Assembly (NCBI GenBank): GCA_043803745.1
Contig: JAZDJS010000048.1
Location: forward strand, 10,714 to 74,713
DNA: 64,000 nt
DNA from: an archaeon
GTDB lineage: Archaea > SpSt-1190 > DYHY01
Reading direction: 5' to 3'
A program made the position numbers and the translations under genes. Positions 19,366-28,146 of this stretch are shown one piece after another. Numbering within the stretch: position 1 is the stretch's first letter; each line of letters opens with the position of its first letter. The notes under the pieces are model-generated. The model ran no database searches. It had not been told where the DNA came from and saw only the letters and a program-made list of their open reading frames with translations.

Positions 19366-20060
19366 TCCGGAGCCTGTTCGAAAAATCCCCCGAAGCGCGC
19401 ATCGAACGGGAACTCGTCCCGTTCCTTCTCAGACTTTCGCGGATTCCGAAGGGGACTCCTGCAAGGGCCCTTGTGGGCAGGGCGGATGGGGGCGAAATAG
19501 GAAAGCTCCTGAACTCCGCTGAACGCGAATATCTGAAGGGTTCCGGCCGAAAGAGCCTGCAGGCGTGCATACTGAAAAGCTTCGGAAGGTTCAGGGGGAG
19601 AAAAGTTAGGATTTTCGCGGAAACTCTCGTGACCGGAATCTCGAACAACTTCGACGCGGCTGAGCTTGTCAGGAAAACGGCAAGCGAAATACAGGAAATC
19701 TCCGCGATTGAGGAGAAGGGCCGGGCTGCCCGCTCAATCCAGAAATACACAATCCTCGCCTCCTCGGGATTTTTCGTCCCGTTCATCCTCGGCGCAACAA
19801 GCTCGATAATCGTCCTGGTTTCCGGGATTTCGAAGGGACTTGCCGGCTTTGGAATCCGGACAACGGGAAGCCCGGAGCTCCTTTCCGGGACCCTCCTCGC
19901 ATACTCGCTGATCCTTCCAGGAATATCTGCGGGATTCCTTTCCTTCGGGATCGAATCAGAAGGCGGCGGAAGAGTCCGGCGCTTCCTAAGACTTTCCGCG
20001 CTGCTTTCGGCTTCCGCGCTTGCGGCTTTCTTAATTGGAAAGCGGCTGCTTGGCGTATGA
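19362..20060 (+). CDS. Second TadC-like platform membrane protein
   Basis: ERELVPFL motif, three C-terminal TM helices, ATGA overlap. Confidence 0.75.
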   Translation: MIRSLFEKSPEARIERELVPFLLRLSRIPKGTPARALVGRADGGEIGKLLNSAEREYLKGSGRKSLQACILKSFGRFRGRKVRIFAETLVTGISNNFDAAELVRKTASEIQEISAIEEKGRAARSIQKYTILASSGFFVPFILGATSSIIVLVSGISKGLAGFGIRTTGSPELLSGTLLAYSLILPGISAGFLSFGIESEGGGRVRRFLRLSALLSASALAAFLIGKRLLGV

Positions 20061-20197
20061 ACGCGGTGCCTGAAGAATTGGGGAAATCGGACAATGAGGT
20101 GAACTCCGCGGGGCGTCGCGGTCGAAGACCGCTTGTATTTGAAAGGCTGGAAGATTCGAGCGGAAAGGATTAAAAGGTTCGCCGGCTTCCAGTTGGA

Positions 20198-20371
20198 ATG
20201 AAGGGAAAAAAGGCGCTCTCAACTCTTGAATGGATTGTTCTTGCGGCAATCGCAATCCTGATGATAACCTACGTCCTCGGCTACTGGTCCGGAATCTGGG
20301 GTTCGGCGACCGGGGCTGCTGAGAAGGCAAACTCTTCCTTCGCTTCCGCGCTGTCCAAGCTGTTCAAGTGA
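20198..20371 (+). CDS. Small pilin with class III signal peptide (57 aa; absent from the ORF track)
   Basis: MKGKKA-LSTLEWIVLAAIAILMITYV...KLFK*; own BRE/TATA GAAAGGATTAAAA at 20163-20175. Confidence 0.85.
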   Translation: MKGKKALSTLEWIVLAAIAILMITYVLGYWSGIWGSATGAAEKANSSFASALSKLFK

Positions 20372-20375
20372 CGAA

Positions 20376-21062
20376 ATGACATCCGCCAAGACCGCTTCTT
20401 CTGCGCCCTCTCCCGCCGCACCCGGCCCGGAGGACGCCCTTCTTTCGGCAATTTCAGCCGTCTTCGGCTCGGAGCCCCGGAAGAAGAATATCGAGATAAG
20501 GAAGCTCGAAGCGGAACTCCTTGCGGTCAAGAAATTGAAGTCGCTCGGATATTCCATCGAATCGCTTGCGAACGTTGGCGCGAACAAGACGCCCTCGCTA
20601 GTCCTGAATGGGGGCTTGAAGGTCGATGTCAAGACAAGGAACTTCGGTAGCCCGACGGGTCTTGAGGATTTTTCGATAAAGAAGAACGGCGCGCGGATTT
20701 CTGACGTCGTGCTCTGCCACGACCCGCTTGCGGGAGCGTTCTACGTCTTCCTTCGGGGAGAGGTGAGCCAGCTCTGGCTTGACGGGGAGTTCTACTATGC
20801 TCCGGACTGCTTCTATTTTTACCCCTGGAAATCCAAGGAAGAGGCTGAATTTTACGCGGGAAAAACCCGGAAGGGCCGGGCGCGGAGCTGGGGGCGGCTT
20901 TTCTCTAACAAGGACCGGTTCCTTGACTGGTCTGACGCGGTCCTGAATGCGGGGATTGGTAACTTCAGGGAAGCCTGGGACAAGCTAAAGTCCGCCGAAG
21001 CCGCCAAGCCCGCAAAAAAGGAGAAGAAGGAGCTGGACGTTTCGGATATTCTGATGAGTTGA
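20376..21062 (+). CDS. Hypothetical protein, possible PD-(D/E)xK-like fold
   Basis: AELLAVKKLKSLGY...TPSLVL...VDVKT pattern. Confidence 0.6.
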   Translation: MTSAKTASSAPSPAAPGPEDALLSAISAVFGSEPRKKNIEIRKLEAELLAVKKLKSLGYSIESLANVGANKTPSLVLNGGLKVDVKTRNFGSPTGLEDFSIKKNGARISDVVLCHDPLAGAFYVFLRGEVSQLWLDGEFYYAPDCFYFYPWKSKEEAEFYAGKTRKGRARSWGRLFSNKDRFLDWSDAVLNAGIGNFREAWDKLKSAEAAKPAKKEKKELDVSDILMS

Positions 21063-21070
21063 AGTTAAAA

Positions 21071-21505
21071 ATGGGAAAAATTTTTCTGAGGGAAGTAAAC
21101 ACGAGGGGAGAGATTTCAAAGGAAGCCCTGATCAGATACAGGGTTTTCGTTGTCGGGCAGAAGGTCCCGGAGGAAATCGAGATTGACGCGCACGAGGATT
21201 CCTGCACGCACTTCCTCGCATTCTTCGGAAAAATTCCGGTCGGCTGCATAAGGGTCAGGCCGGTCGGAAGGAAGCTGAAACTTGAGCGGCTTGCGGTCCT
21301 TCCCGAATTCCGGGGGCGCGGCTTTGGCAGGGAAATCGTCCGGCTTGCGGTCGGATATTGCAGAAGGAAAAAGCCGTCCGGAATCTACATGAACGCGCAG
21401 TACTACCTTCTGGAATTCTACAAAAAGCTCGGGTTCGAGCCAAGAGGGAAGACTTTCTTCGAAGCCGGAATAAAGCACGTAAAGATGGTCCTGAAGGCAG
21501 ATTGA
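21071..21505 (+). CDS. GNAT acetyltransferase (ElaA/YjcF-like)
   Basis: IRYRVFVVGQ, ERLAVLPEFRGRGFG, NAQ...FYKKLGF, FFEAGIKH. Confidence 0.92.
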   Translation: MGKIFLREVNTRGEISKEALIRYRVFVVGQKVPEEIEIDAHEDSCTHFLAFFGKIPVGCIRVRPVGRKLKLERLAVLPEFRGRGFGREIVRLAVGYCRRKKPSGIYMNAQYYLLEFYKKLGFEPRGKTFFEAGIKHVKMVLKAD

Positions 21506-21506
21506 T

Positions 21507-23015
21507 TTGAAACCGGAGGATTTTGAGCGGGTAAAACCGGGATTCTTCGCTCCAAGGGGGGCGAAGTTCGTTGGCAAGGCGAGAGGCCTCCTGGAAACTG
21601 CCGACCTGATTCACGAGCTTAAGCTTTCCTATCCGATCCCCTCGATTTACATCCCACCGGAATTCGCCGAAGGGTTCCTTGAGAGGAACGGCCGTTTAGG
21701 AACTGGAAATGTGGGGGAAATGGAACCTGCACGATTTTCAACCGAGGAAATCTCCCTCCTCAAATGGATTTATTCGAAATATGAACGATTCTGGGAAACC
21801 TGCCCTCGGGAATTCTATGGGCCTCTTGCGGTAAGGGGCGCGCTTGAGGGCGAGGATTCCCTTGAGACGCGCCTTCCGGGAGTTGGAAAAACCTGCTTCT
21901 CCTGGGAAGACGGGGTTGGCGAAAACAGGCCCGTCCAGTTCCTGAAGGCCGTGAAGAAGGTCGTTCTTGCGGGAGCGGGACAGCAGGCAGAGGAACTTGA
22001 AAGGGAATATGGCACTTCAGCAAGCCCAGGTTTGCTTATCCAACCGGCAATCGGAAGGATCCCTGAAAATCTGAATCTAAATGCGCGGCCGCATCACTCT
22101 TTCAAGCCGCTCTACGCAGGGCAATTGAACACTGCAAGGAGAGATATTGCGAAGCTTTCCGTTGTAAAGGATAGCCTTGGGACTGCCGTCGTAGAAGACA
22201 CTTTGAGAAATGTTCCGACCTTCGCATACGACAAGGGGGACGGACGGATAACTGGGGGTCGGGGAGAGCAGGAAGACTCCGATTCAATTGTCCAAGGGGA
22301 AATTCAACTCCATAGGGAAGCCCTCGTGTCGAACACAATTGAATCGCACGCTTTCCCCAAGGCACTTGTCGAAAGGGTTTTCAGGGACGGGCTTGAGCTT
22401 GAGAGGAGGGTTGGCTACGGGCCGGAGCATGGCGCGCACATAGAGTTCGCGACCGAGTTCTTCGACCCCGTAGAACCTTGGCCCCTTTGCATCCTGCAGA
22501 TAGCTCCGATAAGAAAATTCAGCTCGCCGGTTGAAATCCCGGCTGAGGCTGCAGTTGTTTCCGGCGAGCTTTGCGTCGGGAGCTCTGACAGGACATACTC
22601 TCAGGCATATGTTCTGCCGACATATCTGAACATGCATGATCCCGACCTGAAATCCGCGACGCTTCTTCTTGCGGAATATGACCGGGCTCACGAGGGCTAT
22701 CTGCTGGTTGTTCCGGACAGCTTCCTCAAGACGGGGGTTGAGGAGCAGTTCCGGGAAAGATTTCCGCATGCCGGAGGAGTCCTCTGCTTTGCCGACGAGT
22801 ATCATCGGAGGAGCGCAGACACGCACTGGCTCGAGGGATACCGCGACAGAAAAACCCCGTTCGCGTCGGTTGTCGCCGAATATCCGAGGATGGCCCATCT
22901 GGGAATCCCGAACGACTTGTGGACCCCGAACAAAGGGCGGGCAATTTCCCTTGAGCGCCAGGTGAGGATTGTCACAGACGAGGATGCGGAAAATGTCTGG
23001 GTTGGGTTTGCCTGA
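21507..23015 (+). CDS. Divergent PEP synthase/PPDK nucleotide-binding (ATP-grasp)-like protein
   Basis: GKARGL, PLAVRGA..EDS...PGV, LIQP.IG, HIEFA...LCILQIAPI match PPDK_N motifs loosely. Confidence 0.6.
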   Translation: MKPEDFERVKPGFFAPRGAKFVGKARGLLETADLIHELKLSYPIPSIYIPPEFAEGFLERNGRLGTGNVGEMEPARFSTEEISLLKWIYSKYERFWETCPREFYGPLAVRGALEGEDSLETRLPGVGKTCFSWEDGVGENRPVQFLKAVKKVVLAGAGQQAEELEREYGTSASPGLLIQPAIGRIPENLNLNARPHHSFKPLYAGQLNTARRDIAKLSVVKDSLGTAVVEDTLRNVPTFAYDKGDGRITGGRGEQEDSDSIVQGEIQLHREALVSNTIESHAFPKALVERVFRDGLELERRVGYGPEHGAHIEFATEFFDPVEPWPLCILQIAPIRKFSSPVEIPAEAAVVSGELCVGSSDRTYSQAYVLPTYLNMHDPDLKSATLLLAEYDRAHEGYLLVVPDSFLKTGVEEQFRERFPHAGGVLCFADEYHRRSADTHWLEGYRDRKTPFASVVAEYPRMAHLGIPNDLWTPNKGRAISLERQVRIVTDEDAENVWVGFA

Positions 23016-23030
23016 CTTGAGAATCAGCTA

Positions 23031-23279
23031 CTAGCGCCGAATCCCGCTGATTTTCCTTTTTGTTTCCAATCCGCGCGCGAAACTCGAAACATCGACGGGC
23101 TTCCTGATTTCTCCGGAAGGGAACACCGTCGCAATCTCGGGCCAGTTCCCGCCCTTGTCCTCGCGCACAATCAGGATGTGGTTCAATTGCTTCGAAGCTG
23201 TCTGAGCTTCCTTGAGGGCGGTCGCCTCGTCCGGAAAACTGAACTCCCTCTTGTCCGGAAGGACGAATTTGCAAGTCAT
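23031..23279 (-). CDS. Small hypothetical protein
   Basis: 82 aa, with an AGGAGG SD-like site upstream on the minus strand. Confidence 0.6.
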   Translation of the reverse strand: MTCKFVLPDKREFSFPDEATALKEAQTASKQLNHILIVREDKGGNWPEIATVFPSGEIRKPVDVSSFARGLETKRKISGIRR

Positions 23280-23307
23280 GTTTGTCTTTCCTCCTTTGAA
23301 AAAATAA

Positions 23308-23856
23308 CTAAAGCGCCCTGAGCTTGAGCCCGGAAAGGGCAGCCTTCACCTGGGCGAGGAATTCGATTGCGCCCTCCTTCGTGAAAGGGGTCATTTTCCC
23401 GACTGCGAACGAGTCTAGGTTCCCGGAGAACTGGAAGCCCGCCTTGATTACCCTGCTTTTCAGGTCGGAAAGAATCTTGTCCAGCTCAGCCTTCCTCTCC
23501 TCTGGCTTGATTGCAAGAGCCTTCGTCTCGAGCTTGAATGCAAGCGAGCTTGCGAAATAAATCCGGTCCTTGTAGATGACAAGCGACCCCTGGAAATCTC
23601 CGCCCGATTTGGCGAATGCGAGATTGTCGATTCCCGACGCGCCCAAGAGGATGTCCTGCGGACCTTTCAGCTTGAAAATCAGTTTCGTCAGGTCGGATTT
23701 GGGGCTCTCGTGCCTGATCGCGACAAGGCTTGAGAAACCTTCGCCCGCTCCAAGAAACGCCTCGGCAGCGCCCCTCAAGTTCGCCAAAAGCGCGTCGTTG
23801 ACTTCCTTGGCTTCCCAAATTGCCCCGGGTGTAATTGCCATGATGGGATTCGCCAT
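23308..23856 (-). CDS. Hypothetical protein
   Basis: 182-aa ORF with normal composition and TATA-like CATATATAA upstream. Confidence 0.7.
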   Translation of the reverse strand: MANPIMAITPGAIWEAKEVNDALLANLRGAAEAFLGAGEGFSSLVAIRHESPKSDLTKLIFKLKGPQDILLGASGIDNLAFAKSGGDFQGSLVIYKDRIYFASSLAFKLETKALAIKPEERKAELDKILSDLKSRVIKAGFQFSGNLDSFAVGKMTPFTKEGAIEFLAQVKAALSGLKLRAL

Positions 23857-23971
23857 TCCGCCCGGTTATATATGTTTTTTCAAGTTCCCGCCCCCAAACG
23901 ACGATGTTTCCGGGTTTTTCCGAGAAGGCATTTATACGAAACGGCCCCAATACTGCCGAGGGAAGGCAAAA

Positions 23972-24265
23972 ATGATGCTTACAGTGAGAGAGGAACCGAC
24001 GAAAATGGATTTCAGCACTTTCAAGGCGCGCGTAGTGGCCCTTGTGAACGAGCTTGACCGGACGGGAAACCGCGCCCAGACCCAGTATTGCGGGCCGGAC
24101 AGCGAAGTCGACAAGCTCTCTAAGACAACGAAGCAGTTCTGGCGGGCGAAGATTGAAATAAGCGGACCGATCGCAGAACACGAGGTGAAGGCCCTCCAGG
24201 AAAAGGTAATGCGGGACGAGGCAATCCAGGCGAAGCAGGGAATCATCAGCAGAAAGAAATTTTAG
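23972..24265 (+). CDS. Small hypothetical protein
   Basis: In-frame ATG at 23972 within the 23576 ORF; TTTATA at about 23931; protein-like composition. Confidence 0.6.
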   Translation: MMLTVREEPTKMDFSTFKARVVALVNELDRTGNRAQTQYCGPDSEVDKLSKTTKQFWRAKIEISGPIAEHEVKALQEKVMRDEAIQAKQGIISRKKF

Positions 24266-25809
24266 CTTCGGGCAAGCTCCCTTACCGCTCCTGAAAAATC
24301 CGCGCCAGCGCCGAGATATTTCGTCCTAAGGACCCCGTCTTTCTTGCAGGCGACAAGCGCTGCGCCGGGCTCCGGGAAAAACAAATTCTCCCCGCACGTA
24401 TACCCGCGGGCGTTTGCAATCCGCTCATATGCGTCAACGGCCCTTGGCGAGCCGTGCACCGGGAAAAGGACGCCCGGGGCAACCGCGTCGATTATCCGCC
24501 CATAGGCTTCCCCGCACATAGGGTGCCCGCTCAGGCTGAAAACGTCAAAGGTTCCTCCGGGAATTTTCTCCCCCTTGTATGTTCCGCGCGTAAGCATTTC
24601 ATGAAGCGGGCTGTCCTCCGGGGCGTAAACCGAATTGAGGATTACGATCCCTCCCTGACCGTACTTTATGTTGCCGGTCATAACCGCGTCAAGAAGGGAC
24701 TTGGACTCTCCGGCCTGGCAGAATCCGGGGGAAACGACTGCAACGTGAAGTTTCTCGTCAGGGAAAGCATAGCACCAGTCGGCTGGGTTGCTGAAATTTC
24801 CTATCAGCGTTTCAAACGAATCCGCAAAAGGGCTCCCGTCAACGGCAGTGTATTTCACCCCGAGCCCGGCCCTTACAACGCAGTCCAGCTCCTCCCGGGG
24901 AATCCCGCTGCGTTTTATTGCATCTTCAATGAGCGCAATTCCCCTGTGGAAACGCCCGAGCGCGAAGTGGGGAAGGACGAGGCAACCCTTTTCCTTGGTT
25001 GAGTTCAGGCGCAGCATCGCGGATTTGACCGCTTCGACATAGCGCTCCTCGTTCTCGCTCCGGTCGTTCAGGTCAAGGGGCTTGTAAGCGGTTGTCATTT
25101 CCCCTGCGTGGATGTCCGCGTGCAGCCTTCCGAACTGGGCGAAATGCTCTTCGTCGAATTCCTCGTTTCCGGTTATCTGGGCGTAAATGTCGAAACCCGT
25201 CGAAAAAGAAAGGCCTCCTTGCGATATCCGGAAGGAAAGCTGCCCGGGCAAGTGCTCGTATCCTTCGGGCTGTTCATATGCCTCGATTCTCAACGGGCCC
25301 AGCGCCGTGCCAATCTCGATAAACTCCCCATCCGCTACAATTAGCTTGTTCTCGTCGATTCTTTCAACTGCCCATCTGGCGCGGCCGGCGGAATTCTTGG
25401 CTTTGCGTAGCTTTTCCGCGTTCCTTATTGCGGAGGGGAGTATTGCGTAGGTTTCACTTGACATTACGACATTGGGGCTTTTCCCGCCAAGTGAGTAAAG
25501 GAGCCTGACCAAATTGCCATAATGGTCGAAATGCCCGTGGGAGACTAGAACGTCGTCAACATCGGTCGGGAGGACATATCCGCCGTTTCTGTTTGTGGAA
25601 CCGCCGATGTCGACCAGGATTTTCCGAACGGGCTCGCCGGTTTCAGCCGAACAAATAGCAACCTCAAGGCAGGTTCCGGCTTGAATTTCAGTTCCTCCGA
25701 GGGATCTGATTACAAATGCGCCGTCTCCCGATTCGCAGTCCAAGGTATCCCCTTGCTTAAGGTTCGTTCTTAGTATATAAATATTCTCTACTTTCAGGTA
25801 GTCATTCAA
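24262..25809 (-). CDS. Metallo-beta-lactamase beta-CASP nuclease (aCPSF/RNase J-like, divergent)
   Basis: LVDIG, SHGHFDHYG, HLPG, ALGR, SLSGH and PVHG motifs. Confidence 0.85.
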   Translation of the reverse strand: MNDYLKVENIYILRTNLKQGDTLDCESGDGAFVIRSLGGTEIQAGTCLEVAICSAETGEPVRKILVDIGGSTNRNGGYVLPTDVDDVLVSHGHFDHYGNLVRLLYSLGGKSPNVVMSSETYAILPSAIRNAEKLRKAKNSAGRARWAVERIDENKLIVADGEFIEIGTALGPLRIEAYEQPEGYEHLPGQLSFRISQGGLSFSTGFDIYAQITGNEEFDEEHFAQFGRLHADIHAGEMTTAYKPLDLNDRSENEERYVEAVKSAMLRLNSTKEKGCLVLPHFALGRFHRGIALIEDAIKRSGIPREELDCVVRAGLGVKYTAVDGSPFADSFETLIGNFSNPADWCYAFPDEKLHVAVVSPGFCQAGESKSLLDAVMTGNIKYGQGGIVILNSVYAPEDSPLHEMLTRGTYKGEKIPGGTFDVFSLSGHPMCGEAYGRIIDAVAPGVLFPVHGSPRAVDAYERIANARGYTCGENLFFPEPGAALVACKKDGVLRTKYLGAGADFSGAVRELARS

Positions 25810-25811
25810 GC

Positions 25812-26453
25812 CTAACTCTGGTTCCTGAGGAGTTTCGCAAGAGAAAACGCGCGCGAACCGTCGATTGCGAAAAGCGCCTCGGAAAGCCCGAACGGGGCAA
25901 GGTATGCTTCTCGCGGAATTTTCCCTGGGCCTTCGACAATGTGGCTTGCCCCCTTGAGGAGGAGGTTCCGAAGCCTTGTCGGGTTTTTCAATTCCCTGAA
26001 ATCGGACAAGGTGAGGAAAAGGAGCGCTGGAAGGTCGGCAGGTCTTGGCGGAGAGTGCGCGCGGGCAAGGTATGCGGGGCAGAAAAGCTGCCAGCTCTCG
26101 GCGCCGGAAAGATAGAGCCTGCGGTAAATCACGGCCGGTTTCAGCTCATCTGAAACTCTGACGTCCCTGACCGAATTGTCGTAATCAACGAAAAGCGTCC
26201 TCTTCGCCGATTCAAGCTCCGGCTTCGCCCCGGATTCCTCAATGCATTCGCGCACTGCTGCAGCGGGGAATCCCTCGTCAAGCTCGACAGCCCCCCCGAT
26301 TCCTGAGAATGTTACAATTGTTCTCCCCTTTTCCGTCCGCCAACGCTTCGGCTTGTCAACCGCGAAAACGAGCTTCCCGGAATGCTTGAGGATTACCGCC
26401 GAGCCCAGCTGTGCATCCCTCGGGGCAAGTTCGGAAAGGGGTTTTTCGCCCAT
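25812..26453 (-). CDS. NUDIX hydrolase
   Basis: Nudix box GGAVELDEGFPAAAVRECIEESG; start moved to ATG 26453 to avoid overlap with the next gene. Confidence 0.85.
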   Translation of the reverse strand: MGEKPLSELAPRDAQLGSAVILKHSGKLVFAVDKPKRWRTEKGRTIVTFSGIGGAVELDEGFPAAAVRECIEESGAKPELESAKRTLFVDYDNSVRDVRVSDELKPAVIYRRLYLSGAESWQLFCPAYLARAHSPPRPADLPALLFLTLSDFRELKNPTRLRNLLLKGASHIVEGPGKIPREAYLAPFGLSEALFAIDGSRAFSLAKLLRNQS

Positions 26454-26507
26454 TGCGGGGAAAAGGGGGCGAAGTAATAAATGCTTTCTCCCGGTTGGGC
26501 CCGGGAA

Positions 26508-27848
26508 ATGGCGCTCAGTATTCCCGCTGGAGGGTTGAAGCTCGCCCTTGCAATCCTCCTTGCCGGATTTTTCGCCCTCCTTGCCGCGCGGGTTTCCGTA
26601 CTTTCCGGGGAACCTTCCGGCTGGGACTATTTCTACCATGAGCGGGTTGTCAGCCTCTCGATTGAGCAGGGGAAACTCCTGCCGTTCGACCCGCTTTCCG
26701 CCGGAGGGAGAACCCAGACATATCTTCCGTTCTATTATTCGCTGATAATTGCGACTTCCTTTTCAACCGGGCTTTCCCCGGAAAGTCTCCTGCGCGCAGC
26801 TTCGCCGTTCCTTTTCTTCCTTGCCGCGCTCTCAATTTTCATTTTCTCCGGGCGGAAGGTTTCGTCGCTTCTCGCCCTTGCGGTTTTCGCATCATTCCCG
26901 GAAATTCTCATGTTCGCGGCAGCCTCCGGGCTTCCCTCGGTTGCGAGTTTTTTCCCCCTTGCACTCCTTCTGGCAAGCTTCTTCTCGGAGGGAAAAGGCC
27001 TTGGGTTCCCGCTCGCGCTCCTGCTTTCAATCGAAGTCGGAGAATTCCATCTCCTGTCGGCGCTGGTCCTTGCGCTTTTCTCGGCAGCCAATTTCATTTT
27101 CAGAAAGAATCAAAAGGCGCTTTTCGTTTCCATCGCAGGCCTTGCAATTCCTTTTGCCTGGAACAAATTTTCAACGAAAACAGTCCCTTTCTGGGGGCGG
27201 GCTCCGGGGCTTGCCCGCATCCTCGACCCGCCGTTCCCGCTCCATCTCCTGCTCCCGGCGGGGATAATCCTGGCCGACCTTGCGCTGAACTGGAAACGAA
27301 AGGACAAGCTTTCGGCCGCGGGATTCCTGGGCGCGCTAATACTTCTTTCATTTTTCTCGCCAATCCTCCCCTCGCGGTTCGTCACATATCTCCCTTTCGC
27401 GCTCGCCCTTTACGCAACAACCCTCGGGAGCTGGAAATGGCCGGTCTGCGTTTCCCTTGCGGCGCTCCTTGCCGTTTCCGGAGCGGGAACTGCCGGAAAC
27501 CTCGGGCCGATAATTTCCTCCGAGGATAGTGCCGCAATTGGCTGGCTTGACGAGAACATCCTAGATTCCACCGTTGTTGCCGGGCACACCGACCTCACTT
27601 CAGTCTTTCTCCTCGGGCATTCGATGACGATAATAGACGGCTATTCGGAGGGGCTTGCCGATGCCTGGGCGCGCCAGGAAGCAATCCGGCAGGCATATTC
27701 CTCCGGAGACTTTTCCGGGCTTGCCGAAAAATACGGGGCGAAATTCGTTTACACGAACAAGGCCGAGCACAGGTTCTTAGGGGAAACCCCGAAACTGCCG
27801 AAAAATGCGCTTTTCGACAACAATTACGCCAAGATTCTGGTTGTTTGA
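26508..27848 (+). CDS. Multi-pass membrane protein, GT-C-like glycosyltransferase
   Basis: DYFYH...Y.PFY N-terminal loop, about 11 TM helices, AIGWL.EN and KYGAKFVY C-terminal domain. Confidence 0.7.
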   Translation: MALSIPAGGLKLALAILLAGFFALLAARVSVLSGEPSGWDYFYHERVVSLSIEQGKLLPFDPLSAGGRTQTYLPFYYSLIIATSFSTGLSPESLLRAASPFLFFLAALSIFIFSGRKVSSLLALAVFASFPEILMFAAASGLPSVASFFPLALLLASFFSEGKGLGFPLALLLSIEVGEFHLLSALVLALFSAANFIFRKNQKALFVSIAGLAIPFAWNKFSTKTVPFWGRAPGLARILDPPFPLHLLLPAGIILADLALNWKRKDKLSAAGFLGALILLSFFSPILPSRFVTYLPFALALYATTLGSWKWPVCVSLAALLAVSGAGTAGNLGPIISSEDSAAIGWLDENILDSTVVAGHTDLTSVFLLGHSMTIIDGYSEGLADAWARQEAIRQAYSSGDFSGLAEKYGAKFVYTNKAEHRFLGETPKLPKNALFDNNYAKILVV

Positions 27849-28146
27849 TTCGCGCCAGTGAAATTTCCAGTGACAAAATCTTTATAACTGAAAAAGGGGC
27901 ATGATGTCCTGATTGAAATGAGTGGTCCCACGAGTGGTGGTCTAGTTCATAGCTAGGCGGAAAGTAACATTCACACTCGAAGGAATTTTCGGTTTTGTTG
28001 TTCATCGCCATCCCTAGGACTTTTCCGGGACGGGCTTAAGGGCAGTCTTTTCCGGACCTGACTGATTGGGGTTTTCAGGATTTTTTTGATTCCTGGCAAA
28101 GAAAATACAGTAATGGAGATGAAAATAAGAATGAAGAGAGAAATGA

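Noticed and set aside
27850-28146. ORB-like CCAGTG boxes, and a possible peptide precursor for the radical SAM
   Set aside because: Poor match to the ORB consensus and no cdc6 nearby; the only + strand peptide I found (MSGPTSGGLVHS) is too short to support.
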